Shown in pieces: positions 39,501 to 50,124 of a DNA stretch of 64,000 nt. Both the position numbers and the translations under genes were made by a program. Source of the stretch: Podarcis liolepis (taxonomy: Eukaryota); assembly GCA_965112155.1 (NCBI GenBank), contig OZ218103.1, one strand, 5' to 3'. The notes beneath the pieces are model-generated. The model was not told where the DNA came from. It ran no database searches and was given only the letters and a program-made list of their open reading frames with translations. Each line of letters starts with the position of its first letter. The first letter of the stretch is position 1.

Positions 39501-42500
39501 TCCACGAGGGGTGAAAACTAAAGTGTACACAGCCCAAGGGCACCTGGCAGAGCTACAGTGAAACTCTAGAACAGTCTTTCCCAACCTTGGGTCTCCAGCT
39601 GTCTTCAGACGACAGTTCCCATCATCCCTGACCACTGGTCTTGCTAGCTAGGGATGATGGGAGTTGTAGTCCAAAAACAGCTGGAGACCCAAGGTTGGGA
39701 AACACTGCTCTAGAGGAAGGGAAGGTAGAGAGAAGAGAGCCATTACAAACCCAGTGCTCTCCAGATGTTTTGGGGCTGGTGGGAGTTGTGTTCCAAAACA
39801 TCTGGAAGGCACTGGGTTTGCAAAGGCTGGGGTGACAGCTAAGAACAAATGTGGCGAGAGGCTTCCCAGTGGCATGAACAAACACTGCAGCCTATGGGAC
39901 CAGAGGCAGCGTCTGAGGAGGGATGAGGCAGCAGCTCATGGATCACCTGCTCCACTCACTACAGCAGTCGGGACAGCGTGCCTGTAGCTCCGGGGTCTGT
40001 CCATAACCTTCCAGGCATGTTCCACCCTCCAGGAAGTTGACAAAGGTGTTGACGAAGGAGGTGCGGGAGGTGGGCGCCTCTCCCAAGGGGAAACGTTTGT
40101 TGTTCTCCATGAATATGGTTATTGCTTCCTCGGCCTGTAGGAAGATGCATAGGGTGGTTCAAGAGTGGGCTAAGGAAGACTGGGAGGTCTGCTTTTTGTT
40201 ATTGATCTGTTTTTCTGAAAAAGGAAGGAAAACAGGATTGCAGGGAAAACAGAGAAGTATAAGAATCTGATGACAGGGTCATCACAAGAGTGAATGAACA
40301 AAATGTGGCAATTCCATTGTAAATGCCTAGAATGCAAGCACCCATTGTTTCTTCGAAATATGCATAACCATGCGATTCTTGCTTGTATTGCCTCAAAGTA
40401 AATAACCCCAGTCATTCCATGTGCAGCGATGCACATTAGCCTTGTTCCGGAAGATAAAAGACATGATTTCCCTTTGCAGCTCAGCAACATATGTAGGTAC
40501 AAAGCCCCAGCAAACTTATTTCCTGGTAGGGGAGAAATGAGGTTTGGTGACGTACCTGCTGCAGATTGCTCAAGACAGCTCCATTATAACAATCAAATTC
40601 CAGTGCATCAGCCTTGGGGGAGCAGAACTTATCCCAGCCCTTCCCAAAAGGAGATACTAGAAAACAATGACAAATATGTTACGGTCCCTTTGCCAATAGG
40701 CTCGCTCTTCCATCTGTGCACACAGAGTCCAAACCCTCATTCCAGGATATGGCAAAACAGATCCACTATATGATGCCTGCATGAATGCAGTTAAATATGT
40801 TAATTCAACTTAGCGCAACCCTCCAGATCATGATACATATCCATTGCCACCCTTGCTGCTTAAGAAATGTTCCTCCGGCCAATCCAAGGGAATGTACCTT
40901 TACCCAAAATCTGTCTGTTCTCAGCAAAGACACACACTGAGGCTACACTTACTTCTGGTGTTTTCAGTAGGCAGTCCTAGCTGGTGAAATCCTGCCTTTC
41001 TGCACGAGCCTCTCCTGCTCCAAACTTCACTTCCTCCCCAAACTGTGACTGAACCCAGCCAACCTGACTGCCATCCTCTAGAACAGTGTTTTTCAACCAC
41101 TGTTCCGCGGCACACTAGTGTGCCGTGAGATGTTGCCTGGTGTGCCGTGGGAAAAATTAAAAAATTCGAAAGATTTTTTTTTTTTTTAAAGTCACATTTT
41201 CGATTGGGGCGCCGTCCCCGGAGGGAGGCGGGCGAGTCGGGCGGCGAGAGGCGGGGCGGCAGCGGCGAGGAGAGGCCGCCCAGCGCGGGGCTCTCGCCGT
41301 CTGCCTGCCTGGCTGCCTGCGAGCTCGGCGGGCAGCGCCTCCGTCCGCAGCGCCCGCCTCGCGGCTCTCATTCCTTGCCCCTGCCAAAGCTCACCCAGCC
41401 AAGCCGCGGTCTCCTTCCTGCCTCGCTTTGCTGCCTCCTCCCCCCCACCCCCAAAGCTTGGAGGTTCCCCGGCGCCGACCTGCAGGTTTGACCCCCTTCT
41501 CACACCTGTTCGCACTCCTTGCACGGAATGGGGCGGATGGGGAGGAACGGGGCTCGCCGCTGCCTCCGCTCGCCCTCCCCCCCTCCGCCGGCGGTCCCGC
41601 GATTCTTGGCTTTTTGGCGGTTGGCACAGAAGGAAGGCAAGGGGGAGGGGAAAAAATTGAAACTTACACTTTCGTGCGTCCCTCCCGGCGTGACGCTGCG
41701 CGCTGACGTCACGGGGCTGTAATGGTGGTGTGCCTCGAGATTTTTTTCATGAAACAAGTGTGCCTTTGCCCAAAAAAGGTTGGGAAACACTGCTCTAGAA
41801 ACACCCTGAATTTCTTGGTTCTGACCTTCAAGCTCTACCTGGAAGTTGAACTCATCCAAGGGTTTCTCCATGGTGGGGAAGCAGCTGATGGCGCCAAGCA
41901 GAAGTTCACAGTGGAGGTGGTGCACCACCTCACTCAGATGCTCTCGCAGGGTCTTCAGGAACCCGTGCGTCAATTCCTCATCGCAAGAGTTGCACTGAAA
42001 AAGCAGTAGGACGTGCAGCTCTGCACGTATGTGGTAGCCTGGGGAAATAGGCAGAGAAAGGGGAATCTGGAAGGCAGCTTCTCCTACAAAAACAGGAGCT
42101 CAAAAGACAAAGGCAAAAGTCACATCTTCCACATCATGTCCACTATGAAGAAGTTAAAGAGGACGGAAAGAAATTGTAAACACCTAAGAAAGACAGTGGA
42201 TCCTTAGGAGAACAGAGAGAAACCACCTATGTTTGGCCACAGCGTCTGGCCACAGGCCAAAATTTCTCCCAGTATATGTCCCCCCCCCCTCCACTAGCTT
42301 CCTCCTGGTTCCAGCCAATCACCCATCTAGTCAAATAGTTCAGTCCCCTTTGTTTCACTATCCTTCAAGACATCTGGAATCCACTCACCCACCACTGTGT
42401 GATAGAAAGTTTTAGCATGGAGCTGGCCATCCGTGGTGTAGGAGACTGTGCAGACATACAGTCCACTGTCATCAGTATGAAAATCATGCAGAGTCAGGGA

Positions 42501-45500
42501 AGCATCACCACTGAGGGGATGGGTTCCTGAAAGTAGAGGGCAGAATCAGCCTAAGGAGAACAATGTTCTGTTACAACCAGCTTAGGCACCAATACTGAGG
42601 TCAAGAGAAACCCCCTGTCTTTTAATACTTCTATAGCTTCATGTGGCTCTCGGCTCATTGGTACATGGATGCATCGAGAGAGTCTAATTATTTTCTGCTG
42701 CCCTTGTGCCATGAATGCCCATACAAAATACCTTTCTGGAATCCCGACATTCTACACCGTATTTTCTTATTATAGGAACCATGCACTGGGTAGCTTAGAT
42801 TGGCAGGTACAGTTAGTCAATATTTTGTGACATGCTGATACTATTTTACAACCAAGTTTTGGGTTTGGAAAAGCAAGTTGTCTCACAGCTTGCTTCAGTC
42901 ATACCTTTTAAGTAACAGGAACCTTAAAAAGCTGAGCTCTGGGTCAATTTCATTTCCAGTAGTTCTGATGTTTTTGCCAATATGCCTGTTGTGAAGAATA
43001 ATCTCTCCAGACTTTAATTTGGGTGGTCAGTTTCAGGTCAACTTGGTTTCACATCTGGGAAACTTAACAGGTGCATCAATGTGTTTGCAAGTTACCTTTT
43101 CATGCATCTTCAAGCCTCACCCCAAGCAGGGATTGAACTGGTATAAGAGGTAAAGATGGGCCCAATCCCCACACACTCCAAATTTAGCAACATAATGGCC
43201 TCTCTGTAGCATTAGGAGGAGGAGTGACATAACATGGGCTCTTGCCCAAGGCACAAGGACACAGAGGGCATAGGAAAGACTAAACTAATTCTCAACATAA
43301 AATGCTTGGGAAATATTTATCTTGGGTGCTAAAGTTCAAATCAGTCTGAGGTGCAAAAAAATCTCTGTTGCTGATCATTCTAGAAAAAACATTGGCAGCC
43401 CTGGGACACCAACAGGTGCCTTTTCCCAAGTAATCCATCCTCTTCTTTCCCTCACACATCTGTCCCTGACATCTACTGAAAGATCCTAGAGTCCCAAGCA
43501 ATAAGGCCTAACCTTCGTTTTCCAGGCTCCAGTTGTAGGTGGGATTCATACCAATCACAACATCCATCTCTGAAGACTTGCAGGGGATAGTAAATTCCTT
43601 GGCACCAATGTGGACAAAGATGGTGTCTGAAAAAATAGGCAGATATAGTGGTTTGCACATCTGACTAGAACCAAGAACACCTGGGTTCAAATCCTCCCTT
43701 GGCCATGAAGCTCCCTAGATGACCTTGAGCCAGCCACTACCTCTCAGCCTAATCTACCTCATAGGGTTGCCATGAAGATAAATGGAAGGTGGAAGAGCTG
43801 TGTACTCTGTCTTGGGCTTTTTACTAAATTTTTACTAAATTTAGTAAACAACGAATAAATCAGAATCAATTTGGCATTGGTGATAGGGCAATGGGAAAAC
43901 AAGGTTCTTGGTTGGGCTTTGTGTTAATGGGCTCAAATCATCTAATGATCATCTATCGCTTGGCTAGCTCAGGTGGCCAGAGCGCAGTGCCAAGGCCATG
44001 GATTCAAGGCACAGATCAGATGGCCACTGAAGATGGATGAAACAAGGCCACAGTGGATTGAGCTGATCAGATGATGTCCCCATTTATTGCTTGTTTATTT
44101 TACTTAGTGCAGTGTCAGCTAAATGGAACTGATCTTTATTACATTCTCACCCATCTCTCCAGCTGTCTTTCTAACACGTGCCAGTCCTGCAGGAGTTCCA
44201 TTGTCAGACAAGTCAAGGTGAAGTCCACAGCCTGAAAAGGAGCAGACTTCAGCATGGTGCCTCCTTTGGAAAGTATCATTACAGACTTGTCTGCTGTATC
44301 TGTGTGTTCATAAAACGGTAGTTCCCAGCTTCATGGTACATTGTGCGGTCTGAAACCCACCCCAGAGCTCCTGTGTTTTGACCAGGGAGAGTCGGAAGTT
44401 AAATTGGGATATACTGGCAAATCCCCGGATGACACAGAGTATTTCCACAACAGCAAGTAAAACTGATATATACAGTGGACGCTTGGGTTGCGAACGTGAT
44501 CCGTGCAGGAGGCACGTTCACAACCCGCAGCGTTCGCAACTCACAGCGCCGCGTCTGCGCACACGTGGGTTGCAATTTGGCACTTCTGTGCATGCGCAAA
44601 GCATGATTTAGTGTTTCTGCACATGCGCGAGTGCTGAACCCAGAAGTAACCCATTCCTGTACTTCCGGGTTTGGAGCGGTGTGCAACCCGAAAACATGCA
44701 ACCTGAAGCATCTGTAACCTGAGGTATGACTGTATCTGCCATTGGTGACTTTATAGAAATCACTTATCTCTCAGCCTGTGTTCCTCACCTGGAAAGTTGG
44801 CAGCAATATTAACACCATACCCAAGAGGAAGCCCTAGTAAATTCAACAGGACTTCCTTCTGAGTACACATGGAATTGCATTAATGGCTGCCGCTGGCCAG
44901 TTTTAGAATTCTGTGTTAAAATCCCTAAACTGTAGTAACTTAGATGTTGAATTATTAATTATATATTTATTTTTTGATGTAGTTATTGTTACAGTACATT
45001 TTCATTTGTGTATATAGTTTATTCCAGTGTATGGTTTGTGGGGTGAAACAGGTAATTCTGCCTGCTGAACCACCCTTTTCCATGGGGTGCCAATCCTGTT
45101 CCCACCGCCACCTTTGTACAATGTGGCTCTGTACTGTCCACCCACCCCAGCCAGGATCTTGCTCCTGACACCATTTGGTAGACCTCAGGAGGATAGCAAT
45201 ATACAAAGTCAGTTTCAGAAGTCTCAAATTGAACTTCACGATTCAGCTCTCTAGCTCCATGAAGGAGCCATTTCGGGCCAGAATATTGTGTTTTTGAGCT
45301 GCCTGCGAGGCGATTCCATCCGTTTTTGAGGGCAGATTCGAATGTTAATTGAATTAATAAACTCGTATAACAGGCAGGCGTTTAGGAGACCGTGCCCTTG
45401 GCTCTTTTCACAAGCGACTGCAGCTCTGATGTGCTACCACCACATCCTCGAGGAGACACCCGGTTGCAGCCTAGCCCCTCGACAGCACCCTTCTCCGTAC

Positions 45501-45594
45501 CGGGCCCATCACACAGCAATAGGACTAGGATCCCCAAAGCGACGCCGGCCGACCAGCAAGACATGTAGCCAGACTTAAGGGCGATATGTCCCAT
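36510..45594 (-). CDS. Membrane-anchored zona pellucida-binding protein (ZPBP/Sp38)-like type I transmembrane protein, 10 exons, 541 aa (531 aa from Met at 45564)
   Basis: Exons on -: 45594-45501, 44231-44151, 43626-43513, 42526-42389, 42038-41826, 40656-40556, 40134-39960, 39093-38923, 37954-37876, 36969-36510. All introns are GT-AG, all phases match, total 1626 nt with no internal stop. Signal peptide (MSCWSAGVALGILVLLLCDGPG); Ig domain (FTIPCK..PTYNW..LTLHDFHTDDSGLYVCTVSY); ZPBP-like region (FLKTLREHLSEVVHHLHCE..TCLEGYGQTPELQARCPDCCTACPPGTYS); TM helix (ALLVIFVVLLLTCLCIIVLCCWYF) followed by RRRRKKK. Confidence 0.85.
36663..36854 (-). repeat. Coding minisatellite, 4 x 48 bp (16-aa unit KDD[SP]PLLPS[IP]TLEN[PA][DE])
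   Basis: Four near-identical 48-bp units; the I/P alternation suggests a 96-bp higher-order duplication. Confidence 0.95.
37160..37483. mobile_element. Non-autonomous hAT (Charlie-like) element in intron 9 of the ZPBP-like gene
   Basis: Termini CAGGGGT..ACCCCTG; perfect TSD GGTTAGGG at 37152-37159 and 37484-37491; internal duplication of about 70 bp. Confidence 0.88.
39572..39707. mobile_element. Palindromic hAT MITE in intron 7 of the ZPBP-like gene
   Basis: TIRs CAGTCTTTCCCAACCTTGGGTCTCCAGCTG..CAGCTGGAGACCCAAGGTTGGGAAACACTG; TSD CTCTAGAA / CTCTAGAG. Confidence 0.88.
41084..41792. mobile_element. CpG-rich non-autonomous hAT element in intron 5 of the ZPBP-like gene
   Basis: TIRs CAGTGTTTTTCAACC..GGTTGGGAAACACTG; perfect TSD CTCTAGAA at 41076-41083 and 41793-41800. 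Confidence 0.9.
43640..43860 (+). mobile_element. Old tRNA-derived SINE (Squam3-like)
   Basis: TAGTGGTT..CCTGGGTTCAAATCC..GACCTTGAGCCAGCCACT..CTCTCAGCCTAATCTACCTCATAGGGTTG. Confidence 0.65.
44473..44732. mobile_element. Tc1/mariner MITE in intron 1 of the ZPBP-like gene
   Basis: TA-CAGTGGACGCTTGGGTT..AACCTGAGGTATGACTG-TA; related to the other Tigger-like MITEs. Confidence 0.75.
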
Positions 45595-45880
45595 TCTAGA
45601 GCCCCCCGTGAGAACGGGGGGGTCTCAGTAATCCCTGCAAGAGCCATGCGGTTGCTACGCAGCCTAGAGCTCCTTCGTGACGTCGAGGCGTTCTAGAACC
45701 CATCTCCGCCACCGTCCCAGCAGAAGACGCTGCTAAAGTTGCTTTCGCCTCTGATAGTTTCTGGTCCTCGGCGGCCCCCGTCGGCGCGTTTTTATGCGTC
45801 ATCCGATTGCGACAACCTGGAAGCAACGGCTTTTCGCAAACTAGGCGGCGTTGTGTTTGAGGACTGAGGACTACCGGAAG
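45595..45880. promoter_or_regulatory. CpG-rich bidirectional promoter shared by the ZPBP-like gene (-) and SNAPC2 (+)
   Basis: Divergent starts: ATG at 45594 (-) and a putative non-coding SNAPC2 exon-1 donor CCGGAAG|gtaacg after 45880. CRE-like TGACGTCG 45678-45685, CGTCA near 45797, RFX-like half site GTTGCT at 45650, ETS CCGGAAG at 45874. Confidence 0.65.
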
Positions 45881-46029
45881 GTAACGAGCAGCGTTGTGTC
45901 GCCTTAGAAGCCAGGAACGGGTGGCTAGAGGTGAGGGGCTAAAGAGAATAGGAGCTGGGCGGGTGGCAATTGACACCCCTGGGCGTATTTTAGGTTCTTA
46001 GCTTTATATTGTTTTCTCTTCTCAGCGCC

Positions 46030-48609
46030 ATGAAGCCGCCTTCCAGGCAGCGTTCAGCCCCTGCTCGCTACAGGACGGCCCCCACGAGCCAGGCTTGGAC
46101 GGACCCAGAAAAGCGACGCCTTCTTCGGGCCTTGAGAGCTCACGGCCAGGGTCCGCTGCGGCCCGAGCTGTTGAAGAAGTACCTGCCTTCGAGGGATGAA
46201 GAAGAGGTGGGTTGAGGCGTGGCCACGTGGTGGAGGGCAGGATTCGAACTTGGCCGGGCTGTGAGCTTCCTAACAACCCCACGAGTTGGCGGACTGATGA
46301 CCAGCATGCAGGGTTTGGAGACAAGGACTCTATCTCTGGTCAGCCAGGTGGCCTTGACAGATAAATCATAAGGGACGACATGGGAGGATGAATTGGGAGA
46401 GGACCTATGCTCCTTTTTTAAGCCTCTACACATTCATACTGGCAAATCCTAGTTAAAGGGGAGTAATTGCAAACTTTCTGCCTTGAAGAAATGCTCAGTT
46501 TTTATGTCTTCAGAAAGATAGATACTGTCTTTCCCAAAACATTCCATGTATGTCCCCTAAGTTGTGCTGCTCTTGCAGATCATGGCATTTGTGGAGCACC
46601 TGAAAGAGCGTGTGGCAAAGGAAGCAGTCAAGGAACAATATCAGTATCGCCAGCGTAAACAGAAGGATGCTCCTATTCCAGCACCTATTGAGGTATGAGA
46701 GTTTTAAAGGTGTAGGTAATGTGATATGGCACAACATAAGCTAAGGGCTATTCACACAACTGACATTTCCTTTTTTTAGATATGGACAGAGTTAGCTGAG
46801 AAATTGACAGGTCCCCTTGAGGATGCTGTGGCAACTGCTTTTTCCCAGGTAACCTTTTCTATGATCTTAATAAGATAGATATTGTTCTTGGTGTAGTCAT
46901 TTAAGATATCTGTATGTCTCCATCTGACAAAATATCTCTGAAATACATGGCTCTGTCCTGGTTCTCTTGGTTCTTGTATAACTTTTCAGACAGATTTAAT
47001 GCTGGGAAATGTATTTGGTTTACTAGAGAACCCCTGACTACTTGGCATACAAAGCCCATACTTGATTGTGACTTTTTCTCTACTCATTAGGTTTGGACAA
47101 TTGCATCTACTGAGCCACTCACCTTGCTCCATTCCGTGCCTCCAAAGTCAGTGGTGATAAAGAATTCTCAATGTTCATCCCAAAATCTTCATAGTGAGAG
47201 TAGGAAATCCGATGAAGAATCTCATGAACCAACTGTATCATCAAATGTAGAGGAAATAGCCCCTGCAGAAAACAGTGGGTTCCATGTGGACTTTGAAAAG
47301 ATCTACAAGTACCTTTCTGTGATCTCACGTGGCTGTAAGGCACCTGAACTCCCACCATGTGGTAAGTCGGCATTTGTGTTGGACCAAGATGACTTTAAAT
47401 AACAGGCAGCTACTGGAAGAAATGTTTCTGCACTGGAATGTGACTCCAGGTAACCAAGACATCTATTACAGCATGCCTACATTGGTGCCAGGCAAAAACA
47501 TTTCTCCTTATGGAAACTGCCTTATTGAGTTTTATTTGCAGTCATTCCATCCCTTCCTTTTTATACTGTTGCTTTTTCTTTATTGTGCCATTTTTGTCAT
47601 CGGCTGTGGAGTTCTATTTCAGCTGAAGGGCTGGACACTAAATCTTAAAAACGCTTCCCAGAAATGGAGCATCCCCTAGGACTGGAAACACTATGTGTCC
47701 TGCCAAAAATTGTACTCCTTCTGCCAAAACTTCCAACATATTTAGTGCTACTAAAAGCAACAACCACCTTGCTGGGCATAGTTTGGTAACCTTTGAGGTT
47801 ACTGTTGTGGATGATGGGTGGGATTTGAGGGACCAAGGAAAACATTTCAGAAGGGAATTGTTTGTTATGTTTCTCCCCACCCCCCAGTGAAAATATAAGT
47901 GGCCCGTGAGCATGGAGACAGGTAGAGTTTTCCTAGGTGAGAGGAAACAGCAACTTGTCATATAACGTAAAACAGATAAAAGGTTCTCATCAGATTTCCA
48001 GTTTTTAAAATAAAACTTCTTATATAGAAAGTTATCCTTAACCTCTAAGACGTAATTTTTAAAAATCTAAAATAGCTTAGCTGTTAATGTGAGAAAATTT
48101 ACTACTTCATTTGTTACACATGTTGGAGGCAGGGTGAAGTTTCAGAATCTGTAACTGGAGAGCAGGAGATAAAAAAATCCTGCCTATGTTTCTGCCAAAG
48201 TGAGTGTAGCCACTCTCCTCATACATTTTGCTTGCTTTCTGCAGAGTCAGCTGTGGTCCTAGATTTGCTACTGTCACTGCCAGAAGAGCTGGGCTTTCTG
48301 GACTTTAAGAAGCTGAAGAGTCACATGCACAAATGTTACACAGAGTTGAACACCCACTGCACAGGTGAAAGAAGCAGAATGAAAGAGGGCAACCAGCCTG
48401 TAAACAATAATGGGGAGCTATTTCCGCATGTGCAGCCAGCTACAAGTGGCTTACCACAACAGGAGGAGAGTAGTAGTTCTACCACCACTTCCAAAGATGA
48501 TGCAACTTCTGCCTCTGCCATGGACTGGAAAACTCTGGGTATCTGCCCTTTGAATCCATTCTTGTTTCCTTTAGCTATCCTTGCACGTAAAGAAGAAAGC
48601 TTTGACTGA
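46030..48609 (+). CDS. SNAPC2: snRNA-activating protein complex subunit 2 (SNAP45), 331 aa
   Basis: Exons 46030-46206, 46579-46692, 46780-46848, 47091-47361, 48245-48609 (996 nt, GT-AG, phases consistent). Motifs [82 protein letters not shown]. Confidence 0.93.
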
Positions 48610-50124
48610 GGGAACTGGATTCTGTGCTGCCCAGTAATGAACTATGTCCTCTCATAACATGTGTGGGAAGACTAAACAAGCTTGCCTGCTCTTTTACACC
48701 TTGGCTCATAAGTATGATACTTGTTTTGTATTACACTGAAGTCTGGTCTTACTACGCCATGACAGCTGCTAGATCTTATTTGGCCAGTTGCTATGTAGCA
48801 GCTCAGAGATGGCCTTGAGTGTTAATCTTGACCTTGGTCTACAGATCATTGTGGTTAGTAAAATAAGTGATGATGAATATCATTCCTGAGTCACAGAATA
48901 GTCAAATTATTTTGTAATAACCGTTTTTTTTAAAAAAAAAATATGGACTACAAAAATATCAGTTGCAAAGCTGTAATAATCTCATATTACTTGCCAAGTG
49001 CCTTTTGCCTTCTACCTGTAACATACTCACCAGGGGTTACCTTCAATACGGTTTGAGGAGCTATAGAAGCCATGAAGGCTTTAACTGAAATAAACTAGGC
49101 AAAGTTAACTTATAACATGCTTAGGAATGTTACTGTTAAGCAATGCTTGATGATGCAGTATATCTTCTTGGAAGAAATGCCCCCCATCTACCACTAACAC
49201 AATACTGAACTGTTATAGTTGTAGGCACTGAAGAATGCAAAGATGAAGTTACTACGTTATAGCATAGAAGCATAAATGCTACAGCAGCCTGTGTCAAAAC
49301 GTAAACCCTCCATGTAGCATTAGTACTTATTTTATTAAGGAGATATTAGTATGGATATACTTGGACTCATAACAGCTCATAGCAGTATTTGCCATAAACT
49401 GGTGGGACTGGGGAAAGAAAGCATACTTTGTAACATAACATAACTAGCACCTTAAGTAATTATTACTTCAAACATAGATTAAATGCACTTCTCAAAATCT
49501 GAATTTTAACTGAACCATGTTAACTTGGGAAGGAGTTCCTAGCTCCTAAATTGGCAACATGCATATATAGTTTAACAAATTACTACAATTTAGCATCTTT
49601 GCTTTATTTATTTTATTTGAAGAGGCCTCTGTAGAGAATGTAAGTAACAGGCAGGTCCTAGAAGACTAGTGTGCCATCTTTGTAAACTCAGACTCTTAGC
49701 ATGTCGTACACGCATTATGTGCTGCACTGAGAGCAGCAATTTCATTCACTTTTATGTCCTTTAAAAATAAAGTGCATTCTTTATTATTCAGTGTGTCAAA
49801 CTCTTGCCATAGGTACAATACTGTCAATGCTGATGTTTGAATTAAAAGACTTCTTGAAGGTATTATAGCAGAACATCTTACTTCCGTCCTAATAACAGTT
49901 TTTGGTTAAAAAAATGACTTTCAGGTTCATCTCTTGAACTATGATAGTCTGTGGAAAATGTTTCCAGGATGATGTTCTAATGCTAGAAAACAGAATGATC
50001 CTGGAAGTATCAGGAGCTGCAGTGCAGAAAATCCATGAGCTGAGCTGATTCTCCATGGAAGAAGTTTCCCACTTAGTGGTGTAGATTCAATAAAAGTACA
50101 AGGAGCAATAAAAGCATGTCAAGT

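Noticed and set aside
41147-41722. Cluster of Arg/Gly/Pro-rich ORFs and an apparent CpG-island promoter
   Set aside because: All lie inside a TIR- and TSD-bounded non-autonomous hAT element; no transposase motifs.
44967-45239. Hydrophobic ORF (VKFNLRLLKLTLYIAILL) as an alternative signal-peptide exon
   Set aside because: GTG start with an in-frame TGA just upstream; the ATG exon 45594-45501 has a better signal peptide and a phase-compatible donor.
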